Shown here piece after piece: positions 43,966-54,206 of a stretch of DNA of 61,432 bases. Position 1 is the first letter of the stretch. The number at the start of each line of letters is the position of its first letter. This DNA is from Paracoccaceae bacterium. Lineage in GTDB: Bacteria; Pseudomonadota; Alphaproteobacteria; Rhodobacterales; Rhodobacteraceae. A model generated the notes under the pieces. That model had not been told where the DNA came from, did not search any database, and worked only from the letters and a program-made list of their open reading frames with translations. The stretch spans positions 1 through 61,432 of the forward strand of contig JANTFS010000001.1 in assembly GCA_024763335.1 (NCBI GenBank), in the 5' to 3' direction. A program made the position numbers and the translations under genes.

Positions 43966-44396
43966 TCGCCGATCTTCTCCGACAACATGGTGAAGTCTTC
44001 GAGGTCCATCTCGTCGGTCGAGCCCTTGGGCAGATCCGACAGGTACTCGATCATCTTCACGCTGTCCTCGTAGTCATCGGTCTCGTCGAGGACTACCGGC
44101 TGGGCACGGTGCGATTGCACCGCTTCGGCAACGGCGAGACGGGCCGCGCGCTCAGCATCCTCGTTCGCATCCACGGCCTCGACGGCAGCGTTGACCGCGA
44201 TGGCCACGGCCGCCTCCCAGTCGGAGATGTGCTTGTCTTTCTCGGCGTCGGCGATCTCCGCCTTGGCCTCGCGCTCGATCTTGCGCAGGGTCTTCATCTT
44301 CGGGCGGAAGATGGTGACCTGAGAAATGGTCTGGCCCTCCCACGTGAAGGGGAAGGCCAGATCGACGGTTTGTTGGGTCTTGCGTTTGTCAGCCAT
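43899..44396 (-). CDS. Tail assembly chaperone (gpE/gp41-like)
   Basis: L.FP....G..I..VT..RPK...DEMDLEDF..L...IGDFF. Confidence 0.85.
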   Translation of the reverse strand: MADKRKTQQTVDLAFPFTWEGQTISQVTIFRPKMKTLRKIEREAKAEIADAEKDKHISDWEAAVAIAVNAAVEAVDANEDAERAARLAVAEAVQSHRAQPVVLDETDDYEDSVKMIEYLSDLPKGSTDEMDLEDFTMLSEKIGDFFPAGVVPATGDTSSPKQPTG

Positions 44397-44427
44397 AGGG
44401 GTCTCCTATCGGGGGCTTGCCGGTGGT

Positions 44428-44946
44428 TCAGGTGATGCGGAGAGCGTTCCGTTCTTCCGCGTTCTGCGCAGCGCCGTTGACGCGCCACTCGGTGGAGAAG
44501 AAATCCCAGTAGTAGATTTCCGCGCCCTCGATCAACAGCTCATAGTGGCTGATCTCCCGGATGGCGTAGTCGTGGTGCTGCAGCTCGCCGCGCTGGTGCC
44601 CTTCGGGCTCCACCTTGCCGAGCCGGCCGGTCATGATGCAGGTCGCAGACTGGATGACCCCGGTCTGCTTGTCCTTAATCGAACCGTAGGCCGAGAAGTC
44701 CTCCGCCACCGTCGCGCCGAGGCCGAACAGGGCGAGCACCTGCTCGTTCCAGCCGGCGAGCTTGAAGCTGGCGTTGAACTTCTGGATGCCGAGGCCGACC
44801 TCGTGCTGCACCGGCGAGCCGCCCGGGTGGAAATCTTGGTAGATTTCCTCCAAGGGCGGGAGCGCCAGCTCGGTGAGTTCGAGGTGGAGGGAGTTCCCGG
44901 CCGAGCCGCAGAACAGGTTCGACCCCTCCATGATGCGTATAGGCAT
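44428..44946 (-). CDS. Major tail tube (P2 FII-like)
   Basis: LPPL....D..PGG; position between sheath and chaperone. Confidence 0.9.
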   Translation of the reverse strand: MPIRIMEGSNLFCGSAGNSLHLELTELALPPLEEIYQDFHPGGSPVQHEVGLGIQKFNASFKLAGWNEQVLALFGLGATVAEDFSAYGSIKDKQTGVIQSATCIMTGRLGKVEPEGHQRGELQHHDYAIREISHYELLIEGAEIYYWDFFSTEWRVNGAAQNAEERNALRIT

Positions 44947-44976
44947 GTCTGTCTCCTTTCAGGGTTACCCGGCGGA

Positions 44977-46224
44977 TCAGCCGGTGATGGTGCCGATCTG
45001 CGCGAGCAGGTCGTCGAGCAGGGCGTCGAAGGCGGCGCGGTACTTCGCGGAGCGCACGCCGATGTAGCGCAGCACCGGAGCCTCTTCGGCCTCGAAGGTG
45101 ACCGTGAACCGGCCGAGGCGGAGTTCCTCGGGGGTGTTCTGGTCGCGGGTGAAGCTCAGGCGGAACCCGAGGATGTCGCCGTCCGCTTGGAGCTGGCGCA
45201 TCCCGCCACCCATGGTGTTCAGCACGTCCTGAATGGTCTGGCCGGTCAGGTTCCGCTTGCCGAGGAAGTAGCGGAGGGTGCGGAGCAGCATGAGGTGGAT
45301 GTAGTCGCGGCCGCGGCTGACGTTGTAGAAGCGCCAGAGGTCATCGTCCGAGCAGGTGTCGGTGCCGATGAAGACGAAGCCGCCGTCCGCGATGGCCGTG
45401 GCCACGCCCAACTCGCCGCGCACGAGCACGCCGATGTTGTTGGACAGGAGGGTCTGGCCCTCGGTCGCGCCGTCCGTCAGCGAGAAGTTGATCGGGCGGC
45501 TCGGGCCGACGATCCCCTGCATCGCTTGGTTCGCCCACGAGTGGAACGGGCGGCCGTTCTTCTCGTGATCGCGCCGGACGCCGATACCGATGACGCCGGG
45601 CGACATGGGCACGGTCACCTCGGAGCCGTCATCGAGGATCTTCACCGCCGGATCGACCGGGATGATCCGGCCCGACGAGATGGTCTCGCGCCAGTCCAGA
45701 GCATCCTGCTGATCGGTGGCCGGCCCGTCCACGACCGCGTGCGCGAGCAGCTTGTTCAGGACCGGGGTCAGGGCCGCGGTGACCGCGTTGGCGGCCGGCG
45801 GCGTCCGCTGCGAGGTGAAGCCCGGGACGCAGACGAGGCGCGGCACATGGCCGAGGATCGCGCCGGCTTGCTGCAGGGCATACATCCCGGTGGTCGCGGC
45901 ATCGCCGAGGATGTTGGTGATGGTCTCGTCGGCGTCAGCGCCCTCGGTGACCCGCACCACCACGACCTTGGCGGCAACCTGAAACTCGCCGAGCTGAGCG
46001 TTGATGAGGTCCACGGCATCCTTGAGCGTGCCGTCCGCGCCGAGCGCGGTGAGCTTGGTGGCGTCGTCGGAGTACATGAACACGGGCGTGTCCACCGGGA
46101 ACTCGCCGACATCGGCGCTCGGGGCGGTGCCCACGAGACCGACGATGGACATATCGGACCATACGGCCGGGCGGGGTTCGTTATCGACCCGCTCGATGCT
46201 GATGCCAAAGGTGGGATCGGACAT
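44977..46224 (-). CDS. Tail sheath (P2 FI-like)
   Basis: IVGLVGTAP.AD...FPVDTPV, GTL..A.D.I, PRL...PGF, RFYNVSR. Confidence 0.95.
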   Translation of the reverse strand: MSDPTFGISIERVDNEPRPAVWSDMSIVGLVGTAPSADVGEFPVDTPVFMYSDDATKLTALGADGTLKDAVDLINAQLGEFQVAAKVVVVRVTEGADADETITNILGDAATTGMYALQQAGAILGHVPRLVCVPGFTSQRTPPAANAVTAALTPVLNKLLAHAVVDGPATDQQDALDWRETISSGRIIPVDPAVKILDDGSEVTVPMSPGVIGIGVRRDHEKNGRPFHSWANQAMQGIVGPSRPINFSLTDGATEGQTLLSNNIGVLVRGELGVATAIADGGFVFIGTDTCSDDDLWRFYNVSRGRDYIHLMLLRTLRYFLGKRNLTGQTIQDVLNTMGGGMRQLQADGDILGFRLSFTRDQNTPEELRLGRFTVTFEAEEAPVLRYIGVRSAKYRAAFDALLDDLLAQIGTITG

Positions 46225-46251
46225 GGTGTCTCTCCTTGGGGTTTGACCGGC

Positions 46252-46470
46252 TCAGTAGGTGAGGGCCGGAGTGGTGAGATCGAGGTCCGTCTCGACATCG
46301 CTGCCGATCAGAAGCTCGAATACTTGGGCGGGATCGCCCGCGTCGGTGGTGTCGGCCGTGATGCGGATCGCGCGGACGAAGCCGCCCTCTCCATCATCAA
46401 CCGCCTCGGTGACCTGCACATCGCGCACGTACACGATGCTCAAGGTCTGTTTCTTGGTCGTGATGCCCAT
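46252..46470 (-). CDS. Small hypothetical tail-region protein
   Basis: GGGAG RBS; MGITTKKQ... Confidence 0.65.
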   Translation of the reverse strand: MGITTKKQTLSIVYVRDVQVTEAVDDGEGGFVRAIRITADTTDAGDPAQVFELLIGSDVETDLDLTTPALTY

Positions 46471-46481
46471 GCGGGTCTCCC

Positions 46482-47309
46482 TCAGTAGGCTCCGCCGTCG
46501 AGAGTGCCAAGATCGGCTTCGAGAGCGGTGATGGCCGTGTCCAGCGCGTCGAGCGCCGCCTGCAGGCCGTTGACGTTGGCGATGGTGTGGGCGTGCGACG
46601 TAGCCGCCTTGCCCGCTAGCGCGCTCACCAGCCCCGAGATGTGGGACATACCGAGGACCACTACCCCGGTCTGCCCGTTGACGCTGGCGACCGGGCCGCT
46701 GGCGAGGACGGTCTCCGCCGCCTCCGCCGCGTCTTCGGCCGCCGTCTGCGCCTCCTGCGCCGAGGCGATGAGCCCCGGGATGGTGGCGATGCCTTCGACG
46801 ACAGACTTCGCCAGCCCCGACGTAGCAGAGATGATCCAGTCGGAAAACTCCCCCGCGCCGATATTGCCGTTCAAGCCGATGACCGTGCCGGCGAGGCCGC
46901 CGTTCTCCCGGTCGTAGGTGTCCACCTGAAACACCGCCCAATCGTCCAGCGATGCCCCGTCCCGGGTGATGACCACGAAGGGGGTTGCCGCGAAGAGCGC
47001 CCGGGCCGGCGTGTCGTCCACCTGCAAAGTAGTCTCAAGGTCTTGAGACAAAGTGATCGCCGTCGAAGAAGTGGCTACGAGGAAACCATTTTCCGCGGCC
47101 GCTTGCGCGATCTCGATGGCCGGAACGAGGGCTTCGTTCACCTTGGTCAACCCAAGGTTCACGAGATTGTCCGTGTCGCTGTCGATGGCATCGAGCCGCG
47201 CGAGCAGCGCCGCGAACTCTTCCACGATCAGGCGAAACCGGCGGTCGAAGAACGCCTCGTCCATCTCTTCTTTGGCGCGGACCCGGAAGTCCTTCATGCT
47301 GACCGGCAT
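46482..47309 (-). CDS. Short tail-fibre-like protein
   Basis: VASVNGQTGVVVL, HAHTIANVNGLQAALD, LDGG terminus. Confidence 0.7.
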   Translation of the reverse strand: MPVSMKDFRVRAKEEMDEAFFDRRFRLIVEEFAALLARLDAIDSDTDNLVNLGLTKVNEALVPAIEIAQAAAENGFLVATSSTAITLSQDLETTLQVDDTPARALFAATPFVVITRDGASLDDWAVFQVDTYDRENGGLAGTVIGLNGNIGAGEFSDWIISATSGLAKSVVEGIATIPGLIASAQEAQTAAEDAAEAAETVLASGPVASVNGQTGVVVLGMSHISGLVSALAGKAATSHAHTIANVNGLQAALDALDTAITALEADLGTLDGGAY

Positions 47310-47333
47310 CGGTCACCCTCCTGTGTTTTCGGA

Positions 47334-49610
47334 TCAGGTCTGAGCGTACTCGACCAGCTCCGACACGTGGAACAGATCGGCCGCCGAGACAGTCGATCCG
47401 ACGATCTTCACCGCGTAGTCATCCACCGACAGGCCCGTGAAATCGACCGTGCGACGGATGGTCCCATCCGCCAAGGTCACATCGGTCACGGTGTCAGCCG
47501 CCTCGGTGCCGTCCAGCGCCACCCCGGTGAGCAGAGAGACGGTGCAATCGTGGTCCGTCTCGTTGAAGCTCTGCAGGTTCACCACCACCCGGATCGAGGC
47601 CGCGGTGGAGCCCACCGAGCGCGCATCGGAGACCCACGTGAACGCGGTCTTCGGACGGGAGACGATGGCCTGCGATCCGGTCAGGCCGAAGCCCGGCATG
47701 AGATCGCGCGTGCCCGTGAGTGTCGCCCGGAGCGGAAGCAGCGCCGGGAGGCCGGTGAGGTCCGGCCCATCCGGGCTGGCGTCGAAGGGCACCCACGCGC
47801 CGCTGATCTGCACCTCGAAATCGGCACGGCAAGCCGGCGGGATCACCCCGTCGTTGATGATGTCGATGTCGAGGATGCCGCCGGCGAGCTGCAGCGAGGT
47901 CAGCTCCACCGACAGGCGCGAGCGGTCGAACTGCGCGTAGTAGAGGCGCATCTTCATGTCGTCGACCAGGTTGCCGGCGTAGAAGGCCCCGTCCGTCGAG
48001 ACGAAGAAGGTGCCGTTGACCACGTGGTTGTCCGCGTCGGTCATCGCCACATAGTGGTCGCCCGCGGTGATGAGCACGACCGCGTAGCGCTTGCCCGCCT
48101 TGAGGTAGGTCGGGATGATCGGCACCTTGGTCTCGATCAGCGAGGGCAGGCCCGCGCCGTCCGAGATCGAGCCCACCTCGATGTCGTCCACCGGCAGGGT
48201 GGTCTTGGAGATCGCGCGCGAGATGTCCGGCATCCCGTACTTGGTCTCGCAGATCACCACGGTCACGTCACCCGAGGCCGCCTTCCGGGAGAAGTAGAGC
48301 CCGACCTGCGACAGCCAGCCGTCCTGCGAATTGAGGAAGGTCTGAGCCGCCTGCTGACCGGAGATCGAGGACGTGGTGGTCACCTTGTCCCAGTAGGGCT
48401 CTTCATAGGTGTCGAGCCAGAACTGGGTCACGCGGTACGAATGCCCGCGCTGGTCATTGACCGAGACCACCTCGAAGGTTTCGCCGTCCTTCGTGAAGAC
48501 GTTGGTCACCTGATCGTAGGTGCCGGAGCTCCACCAGCTCGAGTTGCTGCAGACCGTCCGGGTCGGGCCGTAGCGGCGGCGCGTCCGGGACCGGGAGAGC
48601 AGAACCACATCGGAGGTCTCGTAGGTGTACTGCGCGACCCGGGTCTCGCCGGTATAGCCGGTCAGGTCCATCCGCATCGAGTGCGAGTAGGCGGGCAGGA
48701 CGAAGCCGTTCTCGGCCTTCACGAAGACGTTGTTCGGATCGAGCAGCGCGAGCGCGGCCGGCGACGACGCGCCGTCTTCCGGGAACCGGATGCCCTCGTT
48801 CACCACCGCGTCGTAATCGCCGTGCCCGGTCTGGCTCCCGGTCCCGTCGAGGAAGTGGTTCGTGCCGTACCAGACGAAGGCGTCGGGCTCGTAGAGGTCT
48901 TCCCGCATCCCGTCAACGATGTCGATCAGGGCGGCAAGCTCGGCCTTGGTGGCGAAGAGCCCGAGGCGGTCGGACATGGCCGACAGGTCGGTGCGCAGCG
49001 TGTCCACCTGCCCGCTGATCTGCCCGCGCCACGCTTCGAGGACTGCGGTGCGATCCGACACGTCGCGGAGGTTCGGAATTTGGGTCGGCGTCCACTGCTC
49101 GATGGAGACCACGCCCGCGGTATCGAGCAGGACGTAGGCGATCACGGTGACGTTGGCGTCGGTCGCCGGGTAGCTCGGGTCCGGGCCTTCGACACCCGCC
49201 ACCGTGCTCAGCTCGGCGTGGCGGTGGTTCTCCATGGAGACCGACTGGGGTTCGGTGGTCCGGGTCTGCGCGTCGATGAGGAAGTCCCGCGGCTGCACGT
49301 CGGTCTCAACCTCTTGCCCCCACGCGACGATGGCGACCCGCTTCTTCGTGACGAGCGGAAGCGCGTTGAACAGGTCGATCACCACGTTCTCGTCTCGGGC
49401 GTAGACCGCGCCGCCGGCGTAGAGCCGACCATTGTCGAGGGTCACCTCGGCGGCCGCGGTCTTCGATGCGGTGAAGCCGGTGTAGCCCTTGCCCGGGTCG
49501 ATGGCATCTTTGACGATGTGGTCGATGCTGTTGCGGGCGAACTCCTGCAGGTTGTTGTTGTCCGCGGACTGGACTTCCTGCTTCGCGCGAAAGATGACGG
49601 TGCTTTCCAT
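47334..49610 (-). CDS. Large baseplate/fibre-attachment protein (DUF4815-like)
   Basis: AQTF....DGWLSQVGLYF..K...DVTV.I.E...G.P; follows gpI. Confidence 0.7.
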   Translation of the reverse strand: MESTVIFRAKQEVQSADNNNLQEFARNSIDHIVKDAIDPGKGYTGFTASKTAAAEVTLDNGRLYAGGAVYARDENVVIDLFNALPLVTKKRVAIVAWGQEVETDVQPRDFLIDAQTRTTEPQSVSMENHRHAELSTVAGVEGPDPSYPATDANVTVIAYVLLDTAGVVSIEQWTPTQIPNLRDVSDRTAVLEAWRGQISGQVDTLRTDLSAMSDRLGLFATKAELAALIDIVDGMREDLYEPDAFVWYGTNHFLDGTGSQTGHGDYDAVVNEGIRFPEDGASSPAALALLDPNNVFVKAENGFVLPAYSHSMRMDLTGYTGETRVAQYTYETSDVVLLSRSRTRRRYGPTRTVCSNSSWWSSGTYDQVTNVFTKDGETFEVVSVNDQRGHSYRVTQFWLDTYEEPYWDKVTTTSSISGQQAAQTFLNSQDGWLSQVGLYFSRKAASGDVTVVICETKYGMPDISRAISKTTLPVDDIEVGSISDGAGLPSLIETKVPIIPTYLKAGKRYAVVLITAGDHYVAMTDADNHVVNGTFFVSTDGAFYAGNLVDDMKMRLYYAQFDRSRLSVELTSLQLAGGILDIDIINDGVIPPACRADFEVQISGAWVPFDASPDGPDLTGLPALLPLRATLTGTRDLMPGFGLTGSQAIVSRPKTAFTWVSDARSVGSTAASIRVVVNLQSFNETDHDCTVSLLTGVALDGTEAADTVTDVTLADGTIRRTVDFTGLSVDDYAVKIVGSTVSAADLFHVSELVEYAQT

Positions 49611-49613
49611 GGG

Positions 49614-50873
49614 TCAAACCTCGATGTGTTGGCCGATTTTCAGGGTGCCGACGCGCTGGCGATCTCCGACGCGCGGGATGGAGTAGGTCTTGGTGTCGAT
49701 GCCGATCTTGTCGCGCAAAGACTTCGCCGCGACAATCCCGTCTGCAATATCGGAGATTTCCTCCTGATCGCTGTCGATGAAGAACCCGTCCATGAACTCG
49801 CCATAGGCAAAGACGGGCCGGCTCTTCACGATCCGGGTCTGCACCTCGGCATGGTAGGCCGGCATCCCGTACCGAGAATAGTCGCAGAACATGGTCCCGT
49901 GGCGCGCATCCGGTGCCCGCTCCGGGTCATGGATGTGCCACTGGTCGTAGAGATACCGCCATGAGATGGTGGGCGGCATGAAGATCTGGTCGAACACCCC
50001 ATCGCCCTCAGCGCCGCCGTCCGGGTAGAGCCCGCAATTCTGCATCTCATGGGCCTCGGCGATGTTCCGGGGGTAGATGTCGATGAGGTCTCCGTCCGGC
50101 CAGAAGGTGGTGTATTGCTCCCGGCCGAGCCGGTAGCTGTAGTTCACCTCGGTCGGAATGCGGACGATCCGCTGCCCAACGCCGAAGTCATCGACGAGGA
50201 ACTGCCCGGCGTCCGGGAAATCGGCATCGCAGTGGAAGGCCGCGGTCGGCTTCGGCGCGATCACCACCTCATCGTACTCCACCGCGGTGCCGTCAGCCGC
50301 CTCTTCGGGGGTGACGGTCTTCACGGTGAGGGTGGTCTCGACCCCCTTGTCGAGAAGGGTGGCCGTGCGGGTGTAGCGCGCCTTCACCGGGTTGATTGGC
50401 CCGAGAAAGCCCCATTCCGGCCCCTCGTAGTAGACGCAGAGAGCGGCCTCCTGAGACCGCTCGACATAGGGGTAGAGCCGAAGCTGGGCGAAGCGGGCGA
50501 GGTAGTCCTCGTATTCCTCGTTCGTCAGCGGAGCGCTGGCGAACGGGGTGTTCGGCGGGACGATGTAGCGCAGCGCCTCGCCGCCCATGAACTCGATGGC
50601 CTCGGTCATGGCCGCCCGGGTGCCCTTGATCTTGTGCCACGGGATCGAGCGCGCGACCGCGGCGCGCTTCTTCTCTTCCGGCCAGTCGTCCTTCCACAGA
50701 TCGACCGAGACACCCCAAGCGAGCCACGGCAGGAGCGGGGCCGGGATTTCGTAGGGCCGAACCAGCAAGGGCAGGTCCACCGGAATGTCCAGCGCATCGG
50801 CGACGGACAGGCTCAGCGCCTCTTCGAAGGGCGTGTGGTTCGGGGGCAGGAGGGTGACGAGATCGGTCATCAC
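49614..50873 (-). CDS. P2 gpI-like baseplate protein, C-terminally extended
   Basis: LLPPN.T.FE, LLPWLAW..SVD.W..DWPE..KR, H..KGT. Confidence 0.9.
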   Translation of the reverse strand: MMTDLVTLLPPNHTPFEEALSLSVADALDIPVDLPLLVRPYEIPAPLLPWLAWGVSVDLWKDDWPEEKKRAAVARSIPWHKIKGTRAAMTEAIEFMGGEALRYIVPPNTPFASAPLTNEEYEDYLARFAQLRLYPYVERSQEAALCVYYEGPEWGFLGPINPVKARYTRTATLLDKGVETTLTVKTVTPEEAADGTAVEYDEVVIAPKPTAAFHCDADFPDAGQFLVDDFGVGQRIVRIPTEVNYSYRLGREQYTTFWPDGDLIDIYPRNIAEAHEMQNCGLYPDGGAEGDGVFDQIFMPPTISWRYLYDQWHIHDPERAPDARHGTMFCDYSRYGMPAYHAEVQTRIVKSRPVFAYGEFMDGFFIDSDQEEISDIADGIVAAKSLRDKIGIDTKTYSIPRVGDRQRVGTLKIGQHIEV

Positions 50874-51754
50874 TGGTCCCTCAGCTTCTCAACCGTGGCG
50901 GTGACCGACTTGATCGCGTAAGCCTCCGTGTCATCGAGGATGATGTCGGTGGCGGGCTCGATCAGATCGACCGAATGCACGCCTTCCGCGTGGAGCCGCG
51001 AGATGATCGCCGACCGGCGGAGGTTCATCCCGAGCAGCCGGTTCGTCTCGAGCCACGTGTTCAGCGCCAACAGGGCGTTGTTCTTCACCGTCTCGCCGTC
51101 CGGCCCCGGGTAGAGCGTCAGCTTGGCCACGATGCTGGTGCTCGTCACCTTCGGGCCGATCACCTCCACCATGTCGGTCAGGGGCACCACGTCCTCGCTG
51201 AGCAGGAACGATCGCACGTCGAACAGCTCATCCTTGGAGGGCTGCGGGTCCGCGCCTTCGCGCAAGATCGTCACCCGGACCCGGCCGGGCTTGGTCATGA
51301 TCGCCGAGGCGTTCCGCGCCCACGGAGCCTGCGTCATCGCGTGGTAGATGTAGGCCCCCGGCGGGCCGGCGGTGCTCATGGCGTCCGGGGCGAGCTGTGC
51401 CCGGCCGCGTAGGCGGGCATCGCTTTCCTCGACGAGGTTGCCCTCGGCGTCCTCCATTGTTCCACGCGAAACACCGAGCAGCGCCACCACGTGGTCAAGG
51501 TTCGAGCCCCAGCTCGATGCGAGCAGGTTCGCCCGGGTGCCGTCGTTGATGAGGGCATAGTGGAGGGTGGCGCGGTAGGAGTGTTCTTCGATGGCCTTGC
51601 GCAGCGGCTCGGTTTCAAGGTCGATCACCCCGGCGCACGCGGGGAAGCGGGCGACCATGCCGTCCCGCATCTTGGTGATCGCGGCCTCCACGTCGAGCGG
51701 GATGATGATGCTCGGCGGGGGCAGCTCAGAGAGGTCGATGGCGGTGAACCTCAT
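50870..51754 (-). CDS. Baseplate J-like protein
   Basis: IDLSELPPP, ESDARLR.R.QLAP...STAGP.GAY.YHA. Confidence 0.93.
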   Translation of the reverse strand: MRFTAIDLSELPPPSIIIPLDVEAAITKMRDGMVARFPACAGVIDLETEPLRKAIEEHSYRATLHYALINDGTRANLLASSWGSNLDHVVALLGVSRGTMEDAEGNLVEESDARLRGRAQLAPDAMSTAGPPGAYIYHAMTQAPWARNASAIMTKPGRVRVTILREGADPQPSKDELFDVRSFLLSEDVVPLTDMVEVIGPKVTSTSIVAKLTLYPGPDGETVKNNALLALNTWLETNRLLGMNLRRSAIISRLHAEGVHSVDLIEPATDIILDDTEAYAIKSVTATVEKLRDQ

Positions 51755-52170
51755 CCCTCATCCTTCCGTTGCTGGATCAGGAGCCCATCCGGGTTCCCTG
51801 TGACGTAAACCCGGCGCGCGCCCTCGGGGGTGAGATCGCCGTAGACCGCCCGGGGCCGGTATTCGCCGTCGATGAAGAAGTGCAGCTCCCCGTCCCGGGT
51901 CACCTTGTCGATGCTGATCTTGGAGACCCGGTATCGCGGCTCCCACTGCTCAATGGCCGAGGTGATGGCCATGAACCACGGGAGCACGCCCTGCGTGTTG
52001 AGGTTCTGCCCGAGCAAATTCGGGACGAAGGAGCCGTACCATTCTCGCACAACCCTCGTCCCGAAATGCGTCGTGAAGATGTCGACGAGCGATTGCAGGA
52101 CATGATCCCACCCGGTGATCGTGCCGCCGGTGGTGGCATCAAGCCCAACCGAGGGGTTTGCCCGCGTCAT
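51751..52170 (-). CDS. gpW/gp25 baseplate wedge protein
   Basis: H..QS..DI.TT..GTRV.R..YGS, AI.QWEPR. Confidence 0.93.
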   Translation of the reverse strand: MTRANPSVGLDATTGGTITGWDHVLQSLVDIFTTHFGTRVVREWYGSFVPNLLGQNLNTQGVLPWFMAITSAIEQWEPRYRVSKISIDKVTRDGELHFFIDGEYRPRAVYGDLTPEGARRVYVTGNPDGLLIQQRKDEG

Positions 52171-52178
52171 CGCTCACC

Positions 52179-52601
52179 TCACTTCTTCGCGGCGGTCTTC
52201 TTCGCGGCCGGCTTCTCGCCGTCCAGCGGGACACTCTTGGCGTCCTCTGGCTTTTCGGGCTTTTCGCCGTCATCGCCGGAGGCCGCCGGAGAGGGCTTCT
52301 CAGCGGCCTTCTCTTCGCCGCCGGTGTCACCACCCTCGGAAGAGCCTTCATCGCTGCTCTGGCCGCCCTCGCCGCCGGAAACGGTGTCTTCGCCGCCGCC
52401 GGCACCCTCAACCGTGTCTTCGGGCTCGGGAGCCGGGGCCGCGCCAGCGACCGGGACGAGCTTCTTGAGGGTGCCGAGCTGCACCTCGTAGTGCGCCTGC
52501 TTCTCGGTCAGCGTGAGCACGGTGCCGACGCCTTGGTTCGGCATCCCCGCGACATACTTTCCGGCCCGCTCGGTAACGCCGTAGCGAAATTTCTCAACCA
52601 T
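52179..52601 (-). CDS. Hypothetical protein with an acidic disordered linker and KKTAAKK tail
   Basis: AAGGA RBS. Confidence 0.75.
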   Translation of the reverse strand: MVEKFRYGVTERAGKYVAGMPNQGVGTVLTLTEKQAHYEVQLGTLKKLVPVAGAAPAPEPEDTVEGAGGGEDTVSGGEGGQSSDEGSSEGGDTGGEEKAAEKPSPAASGDDGEKPEKPEDAKSVPLDGEKPAAKKTAAKK

Positions 52602-52616
52602 GGTGGGTTCCTTTCC

Positions 52617-53372
52617 CTAGGAGATGATGACGACAGGAGCGTTCAGCTCGATCTTCCCGCCGTCCACTGTTGCTGTTGATGCGCCGTTGTGCGCCACGAC
52701 CGCGCCATCAGAGATGGTCACGTCTGACCCCCCGTTCTTAGCCTCGATCTGCCCATCTGTCATCTGGACCTCAGAACCGCCCTGCCGAGCGTCGATCTGC
52801 CCATCTGTCATATGGATCTCAGAACCGCCCTGCCGAGCCTCGATCTGGTCCGCGGTCATCTGGATCTCAGAACCGCCCTGCCTAGCGTCTATCTGGTCCG
52901 CGGTGACGGTGACCTCGCTGGCATCCCCGTGAGACACCGTGATCACGTCGGTCGTGATGTCCACCGTCGCCCCATCGCCGACATAGAAGACCATCTGCCC
53001 ATCGCGCAGCTCGATCCGAACATTGCCATAGGTGATGACGTTCTCTTCGAGCACATCGGACGGGCTCTGGAAGTCGTCGCTCCACGTAAGCGGAAGGGCG
53101 ACCGCTTGCTGCAGGTCGCCCCCGGGCACGATCATGGAGAGCTGCATCCCTACCGTGGGCGGGGTGTGCACCGCGAGCGCACCCGCGTGCTGAGCGTAGG
53201 GTATCCACGGGCTCAGGAAGCGGCCGCCGGTGGTGGCCTCGCCAAGATCGAGGCGCATCCGCTTGGTCGCCATGTCGATCTCGGCGACGGAGCCGTGAAC
53301 GATGCTGCTAGCCGCCCGCCGTTCCAGATCGGCGACCCGCATGGACAGTTCGACGAGTTCCTTGATGGCCAT
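52617..53372 (-). CDS. Baseplate spike gpV with 16-aa beta-helix repeats
   Basis: SPWIP....AG......PTVG.Q.....PGGD; repeats IDARQGGSEI.MT.DQ. Confidence 0.9.
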   Translation of the reverse strand: MAIKELVELSMRVADLERRAASSIVHGSVAEIDMATKRMRLDLGEATTGGRFLSPWIPYAQHAGALAVHTPPTVGMQLSMIVPGGDLQQAVALPLTWSDDFQSPSDVLEENVITYGNVRIELRDGQMVFYVGDGATVDITTDVITVSHGDASEVTVTADQIDARQGGSEIQMTADQIEARQGGSEIHMTDGQIDARQGGSEVQMTDGQIEAKNGGSDVTISDGAVVAHNGASTATVDGGKIELNAPVVIIS

Positions 53373-53375
53373 GGC

Positions 53376-54203
53376 TCAGATCTCCGTCACGTCGTCTTCG
53401 GTGATCTCCACCGTCTTGTCGCCCTCTTCGTCGAGGATGACGGTGTTCGCCGGGGCGGCCGGGTCATCGGTGCGGTCATCCATGCCGGCAACGAGCACAG
53501 TACCGACGCCCATGAAATCAGCGATCTCAAGCGGAACGCCCAAATCGAAGGCGGCACGCCGCCAGTCCGCAACCTCATCGCCCTCGATCAGTGCGCGGAT
53601 CACGTTGGCGGTGCCGACGAGCTGGGGCTCACCGACGCTTTCGAGAGCGTCGAGCAGCATGAGCCACGGCGATCCGGCGGGCAGGGTCACCCCGGGCGTC
53701 GGATCACCGAGAAGATCGCAGGTCAGGACGATCTGGCGAGCAGCGAAGTGCACCCCGGGGCTCTCCTGAGCCGCGCGGCGCGAAACCCGAGCGGTCACCC
53801 GCGGGCAGAACATCATCCACAGCTTGGACCAGTTGTTGGTGTCCCGGGTGAACAAGGAGATGATCTGGTGCTCCATGAAGTCGAGCGTCATCTCCATCCC
53901 CTCATCGGTGTGGGGGATTTCCAGCGTCACCGCCGCCTCACCATCCACCTCGATGGTCGATTGCGCCGCGATGCCGATCTCGATCACCAGATCGCAGGCA
54001 TCCTGCCCGACGTGCATCTGGCGCTGCATGATGTTGGCCACCTCGTGGTCGTCCGTCCGCACCACCGCCATGAGCCGCGCCTCATCGGAGAGCTTCTTGT
54101 CGATGGGATCGGCGATGCTGTCGAAGATGCGGTCCCCGGCCATGGTGCGCCCATCCAGCGCTTGGACCGAGATCAGTCGAAGAGCGAGGCGGGCAAGGCT
54201 CAT
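53376..54203 (-). CDS. Putative tail terminator/neck protein
   Basis: Position between the head-tail joining and spike genes. Confidence 0.55.
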   Translation of the reverse strand: MSLARLALRLISVQALDGRTMAGDRIFDSIADPIDKKLSDEARLMAVVRTDDHEVANIMQRQMHVGQDACDLVIEIGIAAQSTIEVDGEAAVTLEIPHTDEGMEMTLDFMEHQIISLFTRDTNNWSKLWMMFCPRVTARVSRRAAQESPGVHFAARQIVLTCDLLGDPTPGVTLPAGSPWLMLLDALESVGEPQLVGTANVIRALIEGDEVADWRRAAFDLGVPLEIADFMGVGTVLVAGMDDRTDDPAAPANTVILDEEGDKTVEITEDDVTEI

Positions 54204-54206
54204 AGG

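Noticed and set aside
46641-49964. 1107-aa plus-strand ORF, and similar long ones at 19563, 35144, 37214, 44326 and 54521
   Set aside because: Antisense shadows of well-supported genes in GC-rich DNA; no motifs or RBS
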